This document shows, in pieces, positions 1 through 10,319 of a stretch of DNA of 64,000 nucleotides. Below the pieces are notes generated by a model, which worked only from the letters and a program-made list of their open reading frames with translations, did no database searches and was not told the origin of the DNA. The stretch's first letter is position 1. Every line of letters begins with the position of its first letter. The position numbers and the translations under genes are program-made. Source of the stretch: a virus; the IMG/VR virus record IMGVR_UViG_3300021959_007960, positions 91,387 through 155,386 of that record. One strand, written 5' to 3'.

Positions 1-315
1 AGAAGTTTGGTGAATAGCATCTCTTTGACTTGGAACAGCAGCACCAGCTTGCAAAATGGTGTTACTAATACCTCCAATAGTGGTATTTACTCTACGAATA
101 ACACCTCTAGGACTATCAAAAGCAAGTGTTCCAGCACTAACCGATTCATCTACTTGGCTGTTGTCTACAACAGTGGATGCAAATACTGTTTTTTCACCGG
201 AAAAGAAAGGTCTATCAGTTAATAAGTCTGAAGTCCCAACATGCTTACCTACTCCACCGTTATTCTTGGTGCTGGTAGTTGTAACGGCTGATCCGTCTAC
301 TTGTTTAGTGGCCAT
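1..315 (-). CDS. Hypothetical Gly/Thr/Ser-rich protein, possibly virion-associated; runs off the left edge
   Basis: Not in the ORF track. ATG at 315 with GGAGAA RBS at 321-326; frame MATKQVDGSAVTTTSTKNNGG... is open to base 1. Confidence 0.7.
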   Translation of the reverse strand, partial: MATKQVDGSAVTTTSTKNNGGVGKHVGTSDLLTDRPFFSGEKTVFASTVVDNSQVDESVSAGTLAFDSPRGVIRRVNTTIGGISNTILQAGAAVPSQRDAIHQTS

Positions 316-387
316 ATTAATTCTCCATATTTTAAAATTCGGGTTCTATAGCTATATGAACTAATACTACATTACCCCAAAGTAGAT

Positions 388-1044
388 TTAAATTCTATAT
401 TTTTGAGAAATATTAGCTAAAATCTGTGTATTATTGACCCTAAAATGAGTAATTTTATTTTTTTCTAATAAATTTAGATGATTATCGTTATAAATGTTAG
501 CATTAGGAATTGTCTTAATTTCAGGTATTTCCTTCTCTATCATGGCTACTGCTATTAAATGGTCGAAAATATCGTCTAATTTATCTCCAGTAGATAGGTA
601 TATATCATTGAGATCAAATTTAATCAAATTTTTTATAAGCCTATATAAACAAGCATAATTATATGATCTATATTCTAGAATATAGTGCAAATCCACAGAA
701 TTATTAGAACATAATTCATAGCATTTAGAAATATCTGTTTTAATTTTAACGGTTTGCTTATTATTGATTAAAAAAGAAGGGGTTACCACTTCTATAGACT
801 GACAGCCATCGGTAATAGCCTGATTAATGATTTCTAATTTATGAGAAGTTTGAAGAACACCTAAAGGGAAATCTACAATAGCAGATATAACATATCTATC
901 TTTAAAATGATTTTTAATACATTTAACATAAGGGGGTAAGCAAGCAATTTTTTTAACAAAATTATGCTCTTTTATTTTTTCTAAAGTATTAATCACTTCT
1001 TCGTTAGATAGTACTGAGTCTGTACACTGAAATTCTATATTCAT
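388..1044 (-). CDS. DeoC/DERA-like TIM-barrel protein, probably catalytically degenerate
   Basis: VDFPLG, AITDGCQSIEVV, YILE and STG motifs follow the DERA pattern, but the KTSTG lysine is replaced (YLSTG). Confidence 0.6.
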   Translation of the reverse strand: MNIEFQCTDSVLSNEEVINTLEKIKEHNFVKKIACLPPYVKCIKNHFKDRYVISAIVDFPLGVLQTSHKLEIINQAITDGCQSIEVVTPSFLINNKQTVKIKTDISKCYELCSNNSVDLHYILEYRSYNYACLYRLIKNLIKFDLNDIYLSTGDKLDDIFDHLIAVAMIEKEIPEIKTIPNANIYNDNHLNLLEKNKITHFRVNNTQILANISQKYRI

Positions 1045-1083
1045 TTTACTGTTCTCTTAGTATATTTTCTATTTATCAATACA

Positions 1084-1716
1084 CTATTTGAGAACCTTAT
1101 CTGCAAAACCATAATACACAGAATCTTCAGCATTTAAAAACCAATCTCCATCTTTTAATTTTCTTTTCAACCAAGCGTTTACTTTTGATATGCTGTCTTT
1201 TGTACCTCCATATTTTTCTTTAAAATATTTACCTTTGTAACAATTGCTTGAATAAATATCAAACATAATATTACAAATATTTTTTTCAAACCTAACCCAA
1301 TTTTGTACATTCAAATATTCTCCATTAGCATCAGTTGTTCCATAATGAGGCATGAAGTAACTATGACGAGACATAATTCTTTCATCAGCAGCTTGTAAAA
1401 TAATACTACTCATACTTTCTGCTTGACCATATACAATAATTTTTACATAAGATTGACACATAGCAATAGCGTCAAAGATAGCCATACCATCCGACCATTC
1501 TCCACCAACACTATTCATGTGTATAGTAATTTCATCGTTAGATTTTTTCTCTAGTATTTTTATATTCTTTAAAAAAACATTAGCCATTCTATAGTCAACG
1601 CCGGGATTTTCTTCTTCAGATGAGTAATAATTGTGTAAAAATATTTCTCTAGAGTGTAAAGATGCCCCGTAGTTGTGCATATCTTGTAAAATATCTGAAT
1701 TATTATAATAGTTCAT
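1084..1716 (-). CDS. clpP: ClpP-family protease
   Basis: MNSVGG, GMAIFD, GQAESM (Ser), FMPH (His), DWFLNAEDSVYYGFADKV (Asp). Confidence 0.9.
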   Translation of the reverse strand: MNYYNNSDILQDMHNYGASLHSREIFLHNYYSSEEENPGVDYRMANVFLKNIKILEKKSNDEITIHMNSVGGEWSDGMAIFDAIAMCQSYVKIIVYGQAESMSSIILQAADERIMSRHSYFMPHYGTTDANGEYLNVQNWVRFEKNICNIMFDIYSSNCYKGKYFKEKYGGTKDSISKVNAWLKRKLKDGDWFLNAEDSVYYGFADKVLK

Positions 1717-2144
1717 ATTATACTTTTTTGTATGACGTGATTAAGTAAAATATTAAAATCCATATCGGGGCTAAAACCACTATGCTGAGTGCTGTTTACT
1801 ACTTTTGTCCATTGAAAATCCTCTAAACATTTGTATTGCAGAAGAATCCCTCCATAACAAACGATTAAGTCTTCTTTTTCTACAAAGTCAAAATTTTTAT
1901 GAACATACTTGCAAGTTAATTCGTCTTGTATAGAAAGAAAATTATACTTACAAGCATCATTGAATTTTATAGAGCCTGCTTCAAAAAAGTTAACTATATG
2001 TTGCATAGCTTCCTTATGAAAGAACTCTGTATATTTAATTTCGACAAGAGGGACAATAAATTTTTCTCCCTTTAATGTTAATAAAAAACTTTCATTGTCT
2101 TTCGTATTTGCCGAAAAAATAATTGGTAAAATATAAACTTTCAT
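1713..2144 (-). CDS. Hypothetical protein
   Basis: 143 aa ORF, 4-bp overlaps with both neighbours. Confidence 0.7.
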   Translation of the reverse strand: MKVYILPIIFSANTKDNESFLLTLKGEKFIVPLVEIKYTEFFHKEAMQHIVNFFEAGSIKFNDACKYNFLSIQDELTCKYVHKNFDFVEKEDLIVCYGGILLQYKCLEDFQWTKVVNSTQHSGFSPDMDFNILLNHVIQKSII

Positions 2145-2725
2145 ACAAATTCACCCTGTAGTTTTTTAATGCAGCTTTTAAGTGTCTGTCTAATTGCTTC
2201 TCTTGTTACTCCGTATTTTTTGCCAACTTTAGCTAAACTATAACCTTCTAAATAATAAAGTCTAACTTTATCTTTTTGTTCTTGTGTTAATAATTTAGAA
2301 TCAAAGATATCATTAATAGTCTGAAATTTTAAGTCTTCTTTTTCTTGGTCTAAAAGCTGTGTAATAGGTTCGTTCTGTCTTTCGTCTACTAGCAAATCAG
2401 TTAAATCCATTTCTTGATCTTGCACTAAATTGTTCAGGTAGACCGTTTTTCTTTTGAGTCTTTTTTTAAGATAGGTTTGAATGCCCCAAATAGCACATTG
2501 ATTCCTATAAGAATATTGGGTTTTTGAAAGATTACTTATTTGCCCTTTTCTGTTAGGGTCATATTTCCAATCTCCCCACATAATAGCCTGAGCCACATCA
2601 GCAATTGCATCCTCACTTTGAGACATCTGATAAGAAATGCCGGGACAAATTTTATCAGCAAAAGCCTTAATTGCTTTCTGTGCAATCTCTATATATTCTA
2701 CCATATCCTTGTATTCTGTTTCCAT
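2141..2725 (-). CDS. Phage RNA polymerase sigma factor (sigma-70 family, regions 2 and 4)
   Basis: KYDPNR region 2-like segment; C-terminal HTH LYYLEGYSLAKVGKKYGVTREAIRQ resembles region 4.2. Confidence 0.8.
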   Translation of the reverse strand: METEYKDMVEYIEIAQKAIKAFADKICPGISYQMSQSEDAIADVAQAIMWGDWKYDPNRKGQISNLSKTQYSYRNQCAIWGIQTYLKKRLKRKTVYLNNLVQDQEMDLTDLLVDERQNEPITQLLDQEKEDLKFQTINDIFDSKLLTQEQKDKVRLYYLEGYSLAKVGKKYGVTREAIRQTLKSCIKKLQGEFV

Positions 2726-2770
2726 AATTAAAAGTCCTATCTAAATTGTCAAAAACAAACGTGCTCAAAG

Positions 2771-3160
2771 CTAACTGTTCTGAGCTCTTTTCCATGCTTC
2801 TTTATTAGGTCTGTCTTTATCTCCAGGTTTTGCTGGTTTATATTTCTTACCTTCACGAAGCTTTTTCTTTCTAATATTCTCCCACAAACTTGCAGGAGCC
2901 ATATCTTCTTTATCGTCATCAGAAGGAACATACTTTACAAAATCATGAATTGTTGTCATGTAGTCTTCTGTTATAGCAATTTTACCCTGTAACCAACTCT
3001 CTGTCAAGTTGTTTTTTACCATAGGATTTTCAAGATCAGCTAAGATAGACTGTGCTTTACGCATAATAGCATTTAGTGAACCGATATTCATTTCCAGAAA
3101 ATCTTTTTTGTATTCTGATAAATTATCTTGTGCTTCAGATAGAATTTTGTATTTTCTCAT
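2771..3160 (-). CDS. Phage hypothetical protein with basic C-terminus
   Basis: ESWLQGKIAITEDYM motif; SLWENIRKKK...KPGDKDRP basic tail. Confidence 0.7.
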   Translation of the reverse strand: MRKYKILSEAQDNLSEYKKDFLEMNIGSLNAIMRKAQSILADLENPMVKNNLTESWLQGKIAITEDYMTTIHDFVKYVPSDDDKEDMAPASLWENIRKKKLREGKKYKPAKPGDKDRPNKEAWKRAQNS

Positions 3161-3836
3161 AATATTTGCTCAGTATAGGGTAAATAGTTTGAATGATTTT
3201 TAGTGAGGCTTTATTATCCGAAGGATAATGTACACCTTGTAATACACGAATATGGCCACATTTTTTTGCTAAAGAACGAAAAGACTGCCTTTTTTCAGGA
3301 TATTTTTCACTTAAAATTTCCGCAGCCAAGCCTGCATACATGGTGTGACCACTAGGATATGCTGGTGTTCCATCACTACCAGTGCGTATAATATCAATAG
3401 GAATTTTATAAAATTCTGCAATTTGAAAAGGTCTAGGTCTATTATAATAATATTTTAAATGATCAATTAATTCTTGTACAACTAAATTATATAAGGTAGC
3501 AAATTTATTATCTGGAAATATTAAATTATTACTATCTATAAAATCATTAAAAACAGAATTAGCATCCTCATCAACATCATAAACTAATTTGATCTGTTCA
3601 CTAGTACGGTTTTGAGTAAGTGTACTAATATATGATATTTCTTTTTTAGTAGTAACCCCAGCATTAGACGGAGGCTTAGGCACAATATTAAATATGTCTA
3701 TATTAGATAGTTCTGGAAAAGACATATGTACATACTTAGATTGTTTATAATCAAAATTTTGATCATAACGTAAATCATCAATATTAGAAATACTATATTG
3801 TAATTCTTTTTGAACAGAGTGAATTAATCTAGGCAT
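3135..3836 (-). CDS. PAP2-family acid phosphatase
   Basis: KYYYNRPRP, PAYPSGH, RVLQGVHYPSD; start refined to ATG 3836. Confidence 0.85.
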   Translation of the reverse strand: MPRLIHSVQKELQYSISNIDDLRYDQNFDYKQSKYVHMSFPELSNIDIFNIVPKPPSNAGVTTKKEISYISTLTQNRTSEQIKLVYDVDEDANSVFNDFIDSNNLIFPDNKFATLYNLVVQELIDHLKYYYNRPRPFQIAEFYKIPIDIIRTGSDGTPAYPSGHTMYAGLAAEILSEKYPEKRQSFRSLAKKCGHIRVLQGVHYPSDNKASLKIIQTIYPILSKYYEKIQNSI

Positions 3837-3840
3837 GTTA

Positions 3841-4356
3841 TTACCAGAACTTACAAGACCAATATCTTGCTTTATGTTTTGGCCCCGGGTTATCACAATT
3901 ATGTCTAGCTCTAAAAGATTTTCGTCTAGCAGGATCGCTTTTTTTGATCTTCATGTTAGGATCGCCAAAGTTTACCTTAACGACATTACCTTTATCGTTT
4001 TTAACATAAACGCTTCTCTTCTTTGGCCCTTTAGGAGTCAGGAAAGGTTTGTTGAGAGTTACTTTTCTACCTTGGTATTCTGCTCCTAAAGCATTACCTT
4101 CTTCATCATAAACCATTTCTGCTACAACCTCCTGAACAAATTCATCACACTCATCATCCCATGTAGCATTTGCAACTAATAATTCATCGTGAACATCTGA
4201 TATTAAAGATGACTTGGTGCCTTCTTTAGCTTCTTTAACACAGTAGGCTATACGCTGCTTTGTGTCTGAAAAATCTTTTTTAGAATTCGGATCAGACATA
4301 CAACGACTTACAAATTTCTTTCGATCTTCACCGGGCTTATGTTTTGGTAGAGGCAT
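3841..4356 (-). CDS. Conserved phage protein (DUF6321-like C-terminus)
   Basis: GRKVTLNKPF...KVNFGD...RRKSFRARHNCDNPGPKHKARYWSCKFW. Confidence 0.7.
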   Translation of the reverse strand: MPLPKHKPGEDRKKFVSRCMSDPNSKKDFSDTKQRIAYCVKEAKEGTKSSLISDVHDELLVANATWDDECDEFVQEVVAEMVYDEEGNALGAEYQGRKVTLNKPFLTPKGPKKRSVYVKNDKGNVVKVNFGDPNMKIKKSDPARRKSFRARHNCDNPGPKHKARYWSCKFW

Positions 4357-5428
4357 TTAACATCTCCTTAGATAAAATAGAGGCTGTATTATTCCATGTG
4401 TATTGTTTAACTGTTTCAAGACCTGCTGTATTAGTCTTGACACTATCTTTATACACCCTTTTCAGAAACTCTACAGTTTGATCCATTTGATTTGATCCTA
4501 AATCTGCCCATTGACCCTCATTATTGAAAAATTTACCATCATCAGCACTGGTTAAATTATCAATTTCAATTAGCATACTATTATCTTTTGTACAATATTC
4601 TGTATGTGCTGAATAATTTGTGGCAATAATAGGCTTATTTAAAGCCATGACTTCTAGAATCTCGTTGTTCCAACCCTCAGCCCTTGCTGGGAAAACACCA
4701 CAATCACAATGCTGAATAACTTTAGACAGATCATTATGTGTAGCAAGTCTAGGTAGGATGGTTACTTTTTCTCCTAGCTTACTATTTTTATACATATCTG
4801 CCCAAATTTGATTTTCCTGTCCACTTAGAAAAGGATTTTGATTAATCATAACTAGTTCAACATTATCTTCTTTTTCAAAAGCCTTATTAAAAGCTTCTAG
4901 TAAAAAATCATGTCCTTTACGAATTTCCCATTTCCCAATGTTAATAAATCTATACGCTTCTTTTTCAAACGGTGACTTACCATTTCTATTTTGGAAAACT
5001 GTTGTATCAACAGCCAGTGGAGAAACTACAACAGGAATTGTGATATCATTTTTTTCCAAGACAGTCTTAGCCCATTTGCTTGCAACAAATACAACATCTA
5101 AATTATTAATCATATGTTTTTCGAGATCTTTCAATGTGTCTATCTCAAAAAATATTAATGCTCCATATTTGCCATTTCCTATTCTACTAGCTAAATCATA
5201 TTGATGCCAAATTTTTAAACATGGAGCGTTACCCGTCCAGTTTTTTAAAGTGTCTTCCAATATAGATTTGACCATCTTTTCATGTTGTGCTTCTACAGAA
5301 GTTTGTCCAATACCAAACAGCTTCACATCAACATCTTTGTCTTCATGCAAGGCTTTTAAGATGTTGGTTGACGTAATACCATATCCAGTACTATTATTAA
5401 TTGGAGCATTTAAATTAAGTGTTGACAT
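4337..5428 (-). CDS. Glycosyltransferase family 4 (GT-B)
   Basis: STGYG, IGKWEIRKG, FPARAEGWNNEILEVMA..PIIATNYSAH. Confidence 0.9.
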   Translation of the reverse strand: MSTLNLNAPINNSTGYGITSTNILKALHEDKDVDVKLFGIGQTSVEAQHEKMVKSILEDTLKNWTGNAPCLKIWHQYDLASRIGNGKYGALIFFEIDTLKDLEKHMINNLDVVFVASKWAKTVLEKNDITIPVVVSPLAVDTTVFQNRNGKSPFEKEAYRFINIGKWEIRKGHDFLLEAFNKAFEKEDNVELVMINQNPFLSGQENQIWADMYKNSKLGEKVTILPRLATHNDLSKVIQHCDCGVFPARAEGWNNEILEVMALNKPIIATNYSAHTEYCTKDNSMLIEIDNLTSADDGKFFNNEGQWADLGSNQMDQTVEFLKRVYKDSVKTNTAGLETVKQYTWNNTASILSKEMLNASTKT

Positions 5429-5458
5429 ATTTATTCCTTGTTTTTAAAAGTATTTTAT

Positions 5459-6211
5459 TTATTCTCCCAAATAGTATTTTCGTACGACTCTAGGATCATC
5501 ATTAACTTTAGATAAGTTAACTTTATTGTAGTGTAACAAAGCAATCGTGTCCATACCAACACATTTCATACCATACTTTCTATAGTCAAGCCATTGTTTC
5601 ATTTCTTCTTCCCATAAGTCCCATGACTCAATATCTTTAGGGATATGAATTGCCATTCTGTCGTTAGGAATTGCTTCTCTCATCTTTTTAATAGCGTTTT
5701 GGAATTTTTCATGCTTAAAATCACCGGGAACACCCAAACTCAAAGATAAATCATACGGACCAATAAGATGAAAATCAAAACCATAATTTCTAATTTTATC
5801 AATATTATCAATTCCTAGTTTAGATTCAATTTGAGGAACGATTATAGGGATTCTACTGACCAGACCACCTTTTTCTCCCCATGAGTTTTCTCTGACGAGA
5901 CCTAAACCTCTTTTGCCTTTAGGGGGATAGTAACAAGCATTTATTATCTCTTGGCATTGTTGTTCTGTTTCCACTGTAGAGAATATCAAGCCATCACATC
6001 CTGCATCAAGACAATACCTAACTAGTGTTAGATTAACTTCTGTAAGTCTTACAAAAGCTTTTAGTCCTTTTAGTTTAATAATTTGTATAGAACTAAAAAT
6101 ACTTTCATTATTAAAACAACCATGTTCGGTATCTAGCACAACGCCATCGAAACCTTTACACATGATTTCGGTTATTTGAGTAGATGGAATTTGCTGCCAC
6201 GATAGTTTCAT
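5459..6211 (-). CDS. HpcH/HpaI class II pyruvate aldolase
   Basis: GFDGVVLDTEHG, FVR, LDAGCDG, YPPKGKRG, QIES, IGPYDLSLSLG. Confidence 0.9.
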   Translation of the reverse strand: MKLSWQQIPSTQITEIMCKGFDGVVLDTEHGCFNNESIFSSIQIIKLKGLKAFVRLTEVNLTLVRYCLDAGCDGLIFSTVETEQQCQEIINACYYPPKGKRGLGLVRENSWGEKGGLVSRIPIIVPQIESKLGIDNIDKIRNYGFDFHLIGPYDLSLSLGVPGDFKHEKFQNAIKKMREAIPNDRMAIHIPKDIESWDLWEEEMKQWLDYRKYGMKCVGMDTIALLHYNKVNLSKVNDDPRVVRKYYLGE

Positions 6212-6663
6212 TGATAATCTCCTATATAATCAGAACAAATACCAGCACAATTTTCAAAGTAAACTTGATGATATTCTAATGAACATTTTTCTGGAAGTAC
6301 CCATATTGATTGCGAACCTATGCTATATCCTGGATATGTCCAGATATAACCGTTGCTCGTTAATGTATAATAGTCATTTTGATGCCAAAGGCAAGTAGCT
6401 TTTATATTTAATAGGTTCTCTAATGCTGATAAATTTTTAGCATGGCACCACAAATGTTGCTTATATTCGAGAAAAAATGATAAATCTATATTGACAGAAC
6501 CTTCGTCATGACCTAGCCACCATTTATTTTTTTTACAAACCCTTACATCTATTTCAACATCAAATCCTTTTTTTATTGCAGAAATTATGTAATCGGGCGT
6601 ATTCTCGTATTCAGGATTGGGGCCGTTTATATTCCCTCTATGTGATATGTATATTTTATTCAT
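6208..6663 (-). CDS. GDPD/PLC-like phosphodiesterase
   Basis: ISHRGN, ENTPDYI, GFDVEIDV, LGHD, WCHAKN, GICSDY; start refined to ATG 6663. Confidence 0.8.
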   Translation of the reverse strand: MNKIYISHRGNINGPNPEYENTPDYIISAIKKGFDVEIDVRVCKKNKWWLGHDEGSVNIDLSFFLEYKQHLWCHAKNLSALENLLNIKATCLWHQNDYYTLTSNGYIWTYPGYSIGSQSIWVLPEKCSLEYHQVYFENCAGICSDYIGDYQ

Positions 6664-7355
6664 TGTTTTATTATATATGCTGTTGGACATATATAGTTTA
6701 GTGTTTTAATTGTAATATTTTTATCTTTAAAAAATCTGTCCACACCATTTGCTTCAGACCATTTATGAAAAGCGTATTCATCAAATACTACGATACCTCC
6801 TCTTGATACTTTATCCCACAATGCGTTAAGAGTTTCGTAGCTGGGTACATCTAAGTCTAAATCAATATATAGTAAAGATATTCTAAATCCCGGTTTGTCT
6901 TTCACATATTCGTGAGATGTTTGAGTAATATCACCAGCAACTAATTCAAATTCATGTTCTGCAAAACCACAATTTAAAATATATTCAGCTAATATTTCTT
7001 CGTGCTTATTTTTGTGCTCATAATTTCTACCTTCAAACAAAGTTGCCATAGCCTCTCTGTCGATATCTTTTAAGGTTTTTAATAGGTCGGACGAATTAAA
7101 AAAGTCAAAACCAATTACTTTCTTATGTCCATTGGGACACAGAAATTTTTTGGCTTTTAGAAAGGTCATAAGACCAGTTCCTTTAAATACTCCGCATTCT
7201 ACAATGTCTCCCGGTATGTCTTTGACTTGATCTAATAGTAAACATCTAGCCAGTAGTTTGCCGAATACTTTTGTGTCCGCACTTAATATGAAATCATTAA
7301 AACTATCAAACAAATGTTGACTAGAATTTATAATTTCTAAATCTTTTATTTTCAT
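6660..7355 (-). CDS. TylF/MycF-family sugar O-methyltransferase
   Basis: IPGDIVECGVFKG, GFDFF, LLYIDLD, GGIVVFDEY. Confidence 0.85.
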   Translation of the reverse strand: MKIKDLEIINSSQHLFDSFNDFILSADTKVFGKLLARCLLLDQVKDIPGDIVECGVFKGTGLMTFLKAKKFLCPNGHKKVIGFDFFNSSDLLKTLKDIDREAMATLFEGRNYEHKNKHEEILAEYILNCGFAEHEFELVAGDITQTSHEYVKDKPGFRISLLYIDLDLDVPSYETLNALWDKVSRGGIVVFDEYAFHKWSEANGVDRFFKDKNITIKTLNYICPTAYIIKQ

Positions 7356-8728
7356 TATTGTTTACCATATTCCTTATTAAATATATCTAAATCTTCAGGA
7401 GTTCCTATTCCCCACATACCATCGAAATGAAAAGTTTTAATTTTCTTGTGGTCTTTGATGGCTTCATTAAATACCGGGCACACATAAAACTCATTATTCA
7501 CTCTAATATTTTCTCTTATCATTTGTTCAGCGTATTTTACATAATCAGATCCATGTTTCCAATAATAAACTCCTACTGTTGCAATATCACTAATTGGCTT
7601 TTTCTCTGCTACTTCAGTAACAAAACCATCATTGTCTAATTTAGCAAAGCTCCACTTAGGGTGAGTAGCCGTAAAAGTTAGCATACCTCCATCAATTTCA
7701 TCTGCTTCCATTGAATACATAAATTCGTTACTATCCCAATCTAAAAATTGATCTGAATTGGCAAACACCAAAGGTTCATTATTATCTATAAATTTTTTAG
7801 CAAGTAAAGTTGTGCAAGCAGCGCCTTCTGTCACGCCATCTACACATACAATTTCACAATTTGGAGAAACTAGATTAAGTAAATGTTTTAAATTGTATTT
7901 TTCGTAGTGAGATTTTTGTACCACAAATATATGTTTAGCATCAATATTTAAGCTATCTACAACTAATTGTATCATGGGCTTACCTTTAACCTCAATTAAG
8001 GGCTTGGGAAAAGTGTACCCTGCTTGTTCAAATCTTGATCCAGCACCCGCCATAGGGATTAGCACATTCATCTTATCTCCTTGCCATTTGGGTTTAATTG
8101 TGGCTTGTTTATCTATTTTATTTATAAAATTTTGTATTTTATTGTATGTCACATCACTACTATTTTTTACTGGGCATAAATGACCACCACTATTAATGGC
8201 AGCTTTTCTTCCATGATGTGAATCTTCTATGATAAGTGTTTCTTGTGGATCAACGTCTGCTTTCAACATGCATCTTAAATATATTTCAGAACTTGGTTTG
8301 GGCTTGTTCACATCTTGATTAGAATACATAAAATCAATATATTCAAAAAATCCCTTTTTTATCAACTGTAATTTTGCTGTATCTCTAATAGAATTGGTGG
8401 CACATGCAATAGTAATTCCTTGTTCTTTTATTTTTTGTAGTAAAGAAATAATTCTAAGATCAGGCTCAAAACGCCGAATAATATCTAGTGTTTTTTCTTG
8501 TTTTAATTTCCATATTTCATCATGTAGGTGTTGTGGTAAATTTTTTTCTTTTGTAAGCATGTTCAGCTTTTTAGTAGTAGAGAGACCATCATAGGTAGAT
8601 AAATGCTCTTGCCTGCCTATAACATATTTATTGTTTATGGTTGATAGTGCAGCATTTAGAGCTTCATAATGTAGTTCTCTTGCGTCTACTAAAACTCCAT
8701 CTAAATCAAAAATTATTAATTTAATCAT
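7355..8728 (-). CDS. HAD phosphatase fused to NTP-sugar nucleotidyltransferase
   Basis: N-terminal FDLDGVLVD...KP...IEDS; C-terminal IPMAGAGSRF..PKPLI..GIGTPEDL. Confidence 0.9.
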   Translation of the reverse strand: MIKLIIFDLDGVLVDARELHYEALNAALSTINNKYVIGRQEHLSTYDGLSTTKKLNMLTKEKNLPQHLHDEIWKLKQEKTLDIIRRFEPDLRIISLLQKIKEQGITIACATNSIRDTAKLQLIKKGFFEYIDFMYSNQDVNKPKPSSEIYLRCMLKADVDPQETLIIEDSHHGRKAAINSGGHLCPVKNSSDVTYNKIQNFINKIDKQATIKPKWQGDKMNVLIPMAGAGSRFEQAGYTFPKPLIEVKGKPMIQLVVDSLNIDAKHIFVVQKSHYEKYNLKHLLNLVSPNCEIVCVDGVTEGAACTTLLAKKFIDNNEPLVFANSDQFLDWDSNEFMYSMEADEIDGGMLTFTATHPKWSFAKLDNDGFVTEVAEKKPISDIATVGVYYWKHGSDYVKYAEQMIRENIRVNNEFYVCPVFNEAIKDHKKIKTFHFDGMWGIGTPEDLDIFNKEYGKQ

Positions 8729-9654
8729 GTCCTAAAGGGTTGTCCTTTTTTAAATGGGTGTACATCTATATCACAACACTTATCAGCGTCTAACCAGTAA
8801 TCGCCTTTACGCCATCCAACATAATTCTTATCTCTCAGTTCAATGTCTTTTTCAAAATAAGCATATTGCACAAAGTTTGGTGCTTTTGGTGGAGATGGTG
8901 GATTGTTTATAAAATCTTCTGACCATTTCGTTAGCCAGCCGTAATAACTTGGCTGAGTTTTCCAAGTATCTTTCCATTTCCAATAAAAGATTTGTGAAGT
9001 ATGATACCAGCCTTCTCTGCTGTTTTCATTATTTTTAAAAGTAGCACGCCAATCTGCATCATTACCTTGATACTCGCTAGTATCTAACTCTAAAGCATCT
9101 GCAACATTCAATAATCTTCCGTGGGCTTTGTCATTAATTAATGATTTATCTTTATTATAAATTAATGCCCTAATAAAATAGTCTGCTTCTTTATTTACTG
9201 GAGTTAGATATCTTTCGTCCCACATGCCAATTTTCTGTACTGCTTCAGGTTTATAGCTTATAATATTATCACCAAGCTGACCAGTTACAAATGTGTATTT
9301 TTTGTGCATTTTAATTAAATTAGTGGCCCAGTTTTTACCTAATACAATATCATTCTGCATGGTTGTCACAATATCTGCATCAGGATTTTTTAGGTCTTTA
9401 AACCCATGCAATAAAGACTCATTCCAATTTCTAGCTAAGTTACCAGTGTCCCAATCAGGTCTAGTATTATTATGTATTACATTTACTTTATTTTCAAACT
9501 GAGAATCTAATGAAAACTCAGAATGATTATTAATAATATTAACTTGTGTGTTTGGAATAGACATAAAATCAGTATGATTAAACAATCTGTCTAATGTATT
9601 ATTTAAAGTTTTAACTCTTCTGTAGGTAACAATAAAAACTTTAATATTTTTCAT
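8725..9654 (-). CDS. Glycosyltransferase (GT2-like)
   Basis: IVTYRR, NLARNWN, MQND, IGMWDERY. Confidence 0.7.
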   Translation of the reverse strand: MKNIKVFIVTYRRVKTLNNTLDRLFNHTDFMSIPNTQVNIINNHSEFSLDSQFENKVNVIHNNTRPDWDTGNLARNWNESLLHGFKDLKNPDADIVTTMQNDIVLGKNWATNLIKMHKKYTFVTGQLGDNIISYKPEAVQKIGMWDERYLTPVNKEADYFIRALIYNKDKSLINDKAHGRLLNVADALELDTSEYQGNDADWRATFKNNENSREGWYHTSQIFYWKWKDTWKTQPSYYGWLTKWSEDFINNPPSPPKAPNFVQYAYFEKDIELRDKNYVGWRKGDYWLDADKCCDIDVHPFKKGQPFRT

Positions 9655-10319
9655 GTTCTTCCCTTGTTTTTGTACAGCATTTCCGCTAACATAAAATCAA
9701 ACTCATTGTCCACATCTACGGCTTCTACATCGTCTATCATGTACGCATAAAAATGATCTCCTAAAATATTTTTATTTTTAATCATGACATTTCTAGGTAA
9801 AATATTAGCGGCAAAATTTAAGGCATAAATTTGAGGCAAGTCTTGTGATCTTGGATGATTTTTAGGATCATAGTTTATTGCCTTGTTATCTAACCACATG
9901 TATTCTTGTATAATATTTGTAGTGACTACACAATCGTATTCTGTTTTGTTTTTATATATATCAATACATGATTCTATGGTGTCGGTAGACACTAATGGGC
10001 TTGTTACAGGAGTCCACAAGATATCTTTGCAGTCCATGATAGAAGCTAAATGAACATACACATCACCCATAGGAACAGAATCACTAGCATAGTAAGGATC
10101 TCTTTTCATAGGATGCGCACCTAAATCACTCGCTATGTCAAGCATTTCTTCACTATCTGAACTAACTACGACCTTTCTTACGTCTTTTAAAGACAAGGTT
10201 TGTTTTACTTTTGCCGAAAGCATATTTGTATCACCAAAAGGTCTAATATTTTTATTAGGAACTCTTTTTGATCCTGCTCTCACTGCTATAAGAACGTTAA
10301 TATCAATATCTCTGATCAT
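9651..10319 (-). CDS. Acylneuraminate/ulosonate cytidylyltransferase (NeuA-like)
   Basis: VRAGSKRVPNKN, VSSDSEE, VTSPL, PRSQDLP, VDVDNEFDF; start refined to ATG 10319. Confidence 0.9.
   Translation of the reverse strand: MIRDIDINVLIAVRAGSKRVPNKNIRPFGDTNMLSAKVKQTLSLKDVRKVVVSSDSEEMLDIASDLGAHPMKRDPYYASDSVPMGDVYVHLASIMDCKDILWTPVTSPLVSTDTIESCIDIYKNKTEYDCVVTTNIIQEYMWLDNKAINYDPKNHPRSQDLPQIYALNFAANILPRNVMIKNKNILGDHFYAYMIDDVEAVDVDNEFDFMLAEMLYKNKGRT

Noticed and set aside
6660-9660. Short boundary repeats around the TylF gene (AAACAAT) and the GT2 gene (AGRACATGA)
   Set aside because: Only 7-9 bp in AT-rich DNA and partly forced by start/stop overlaps; too weak to count as target-site duplications
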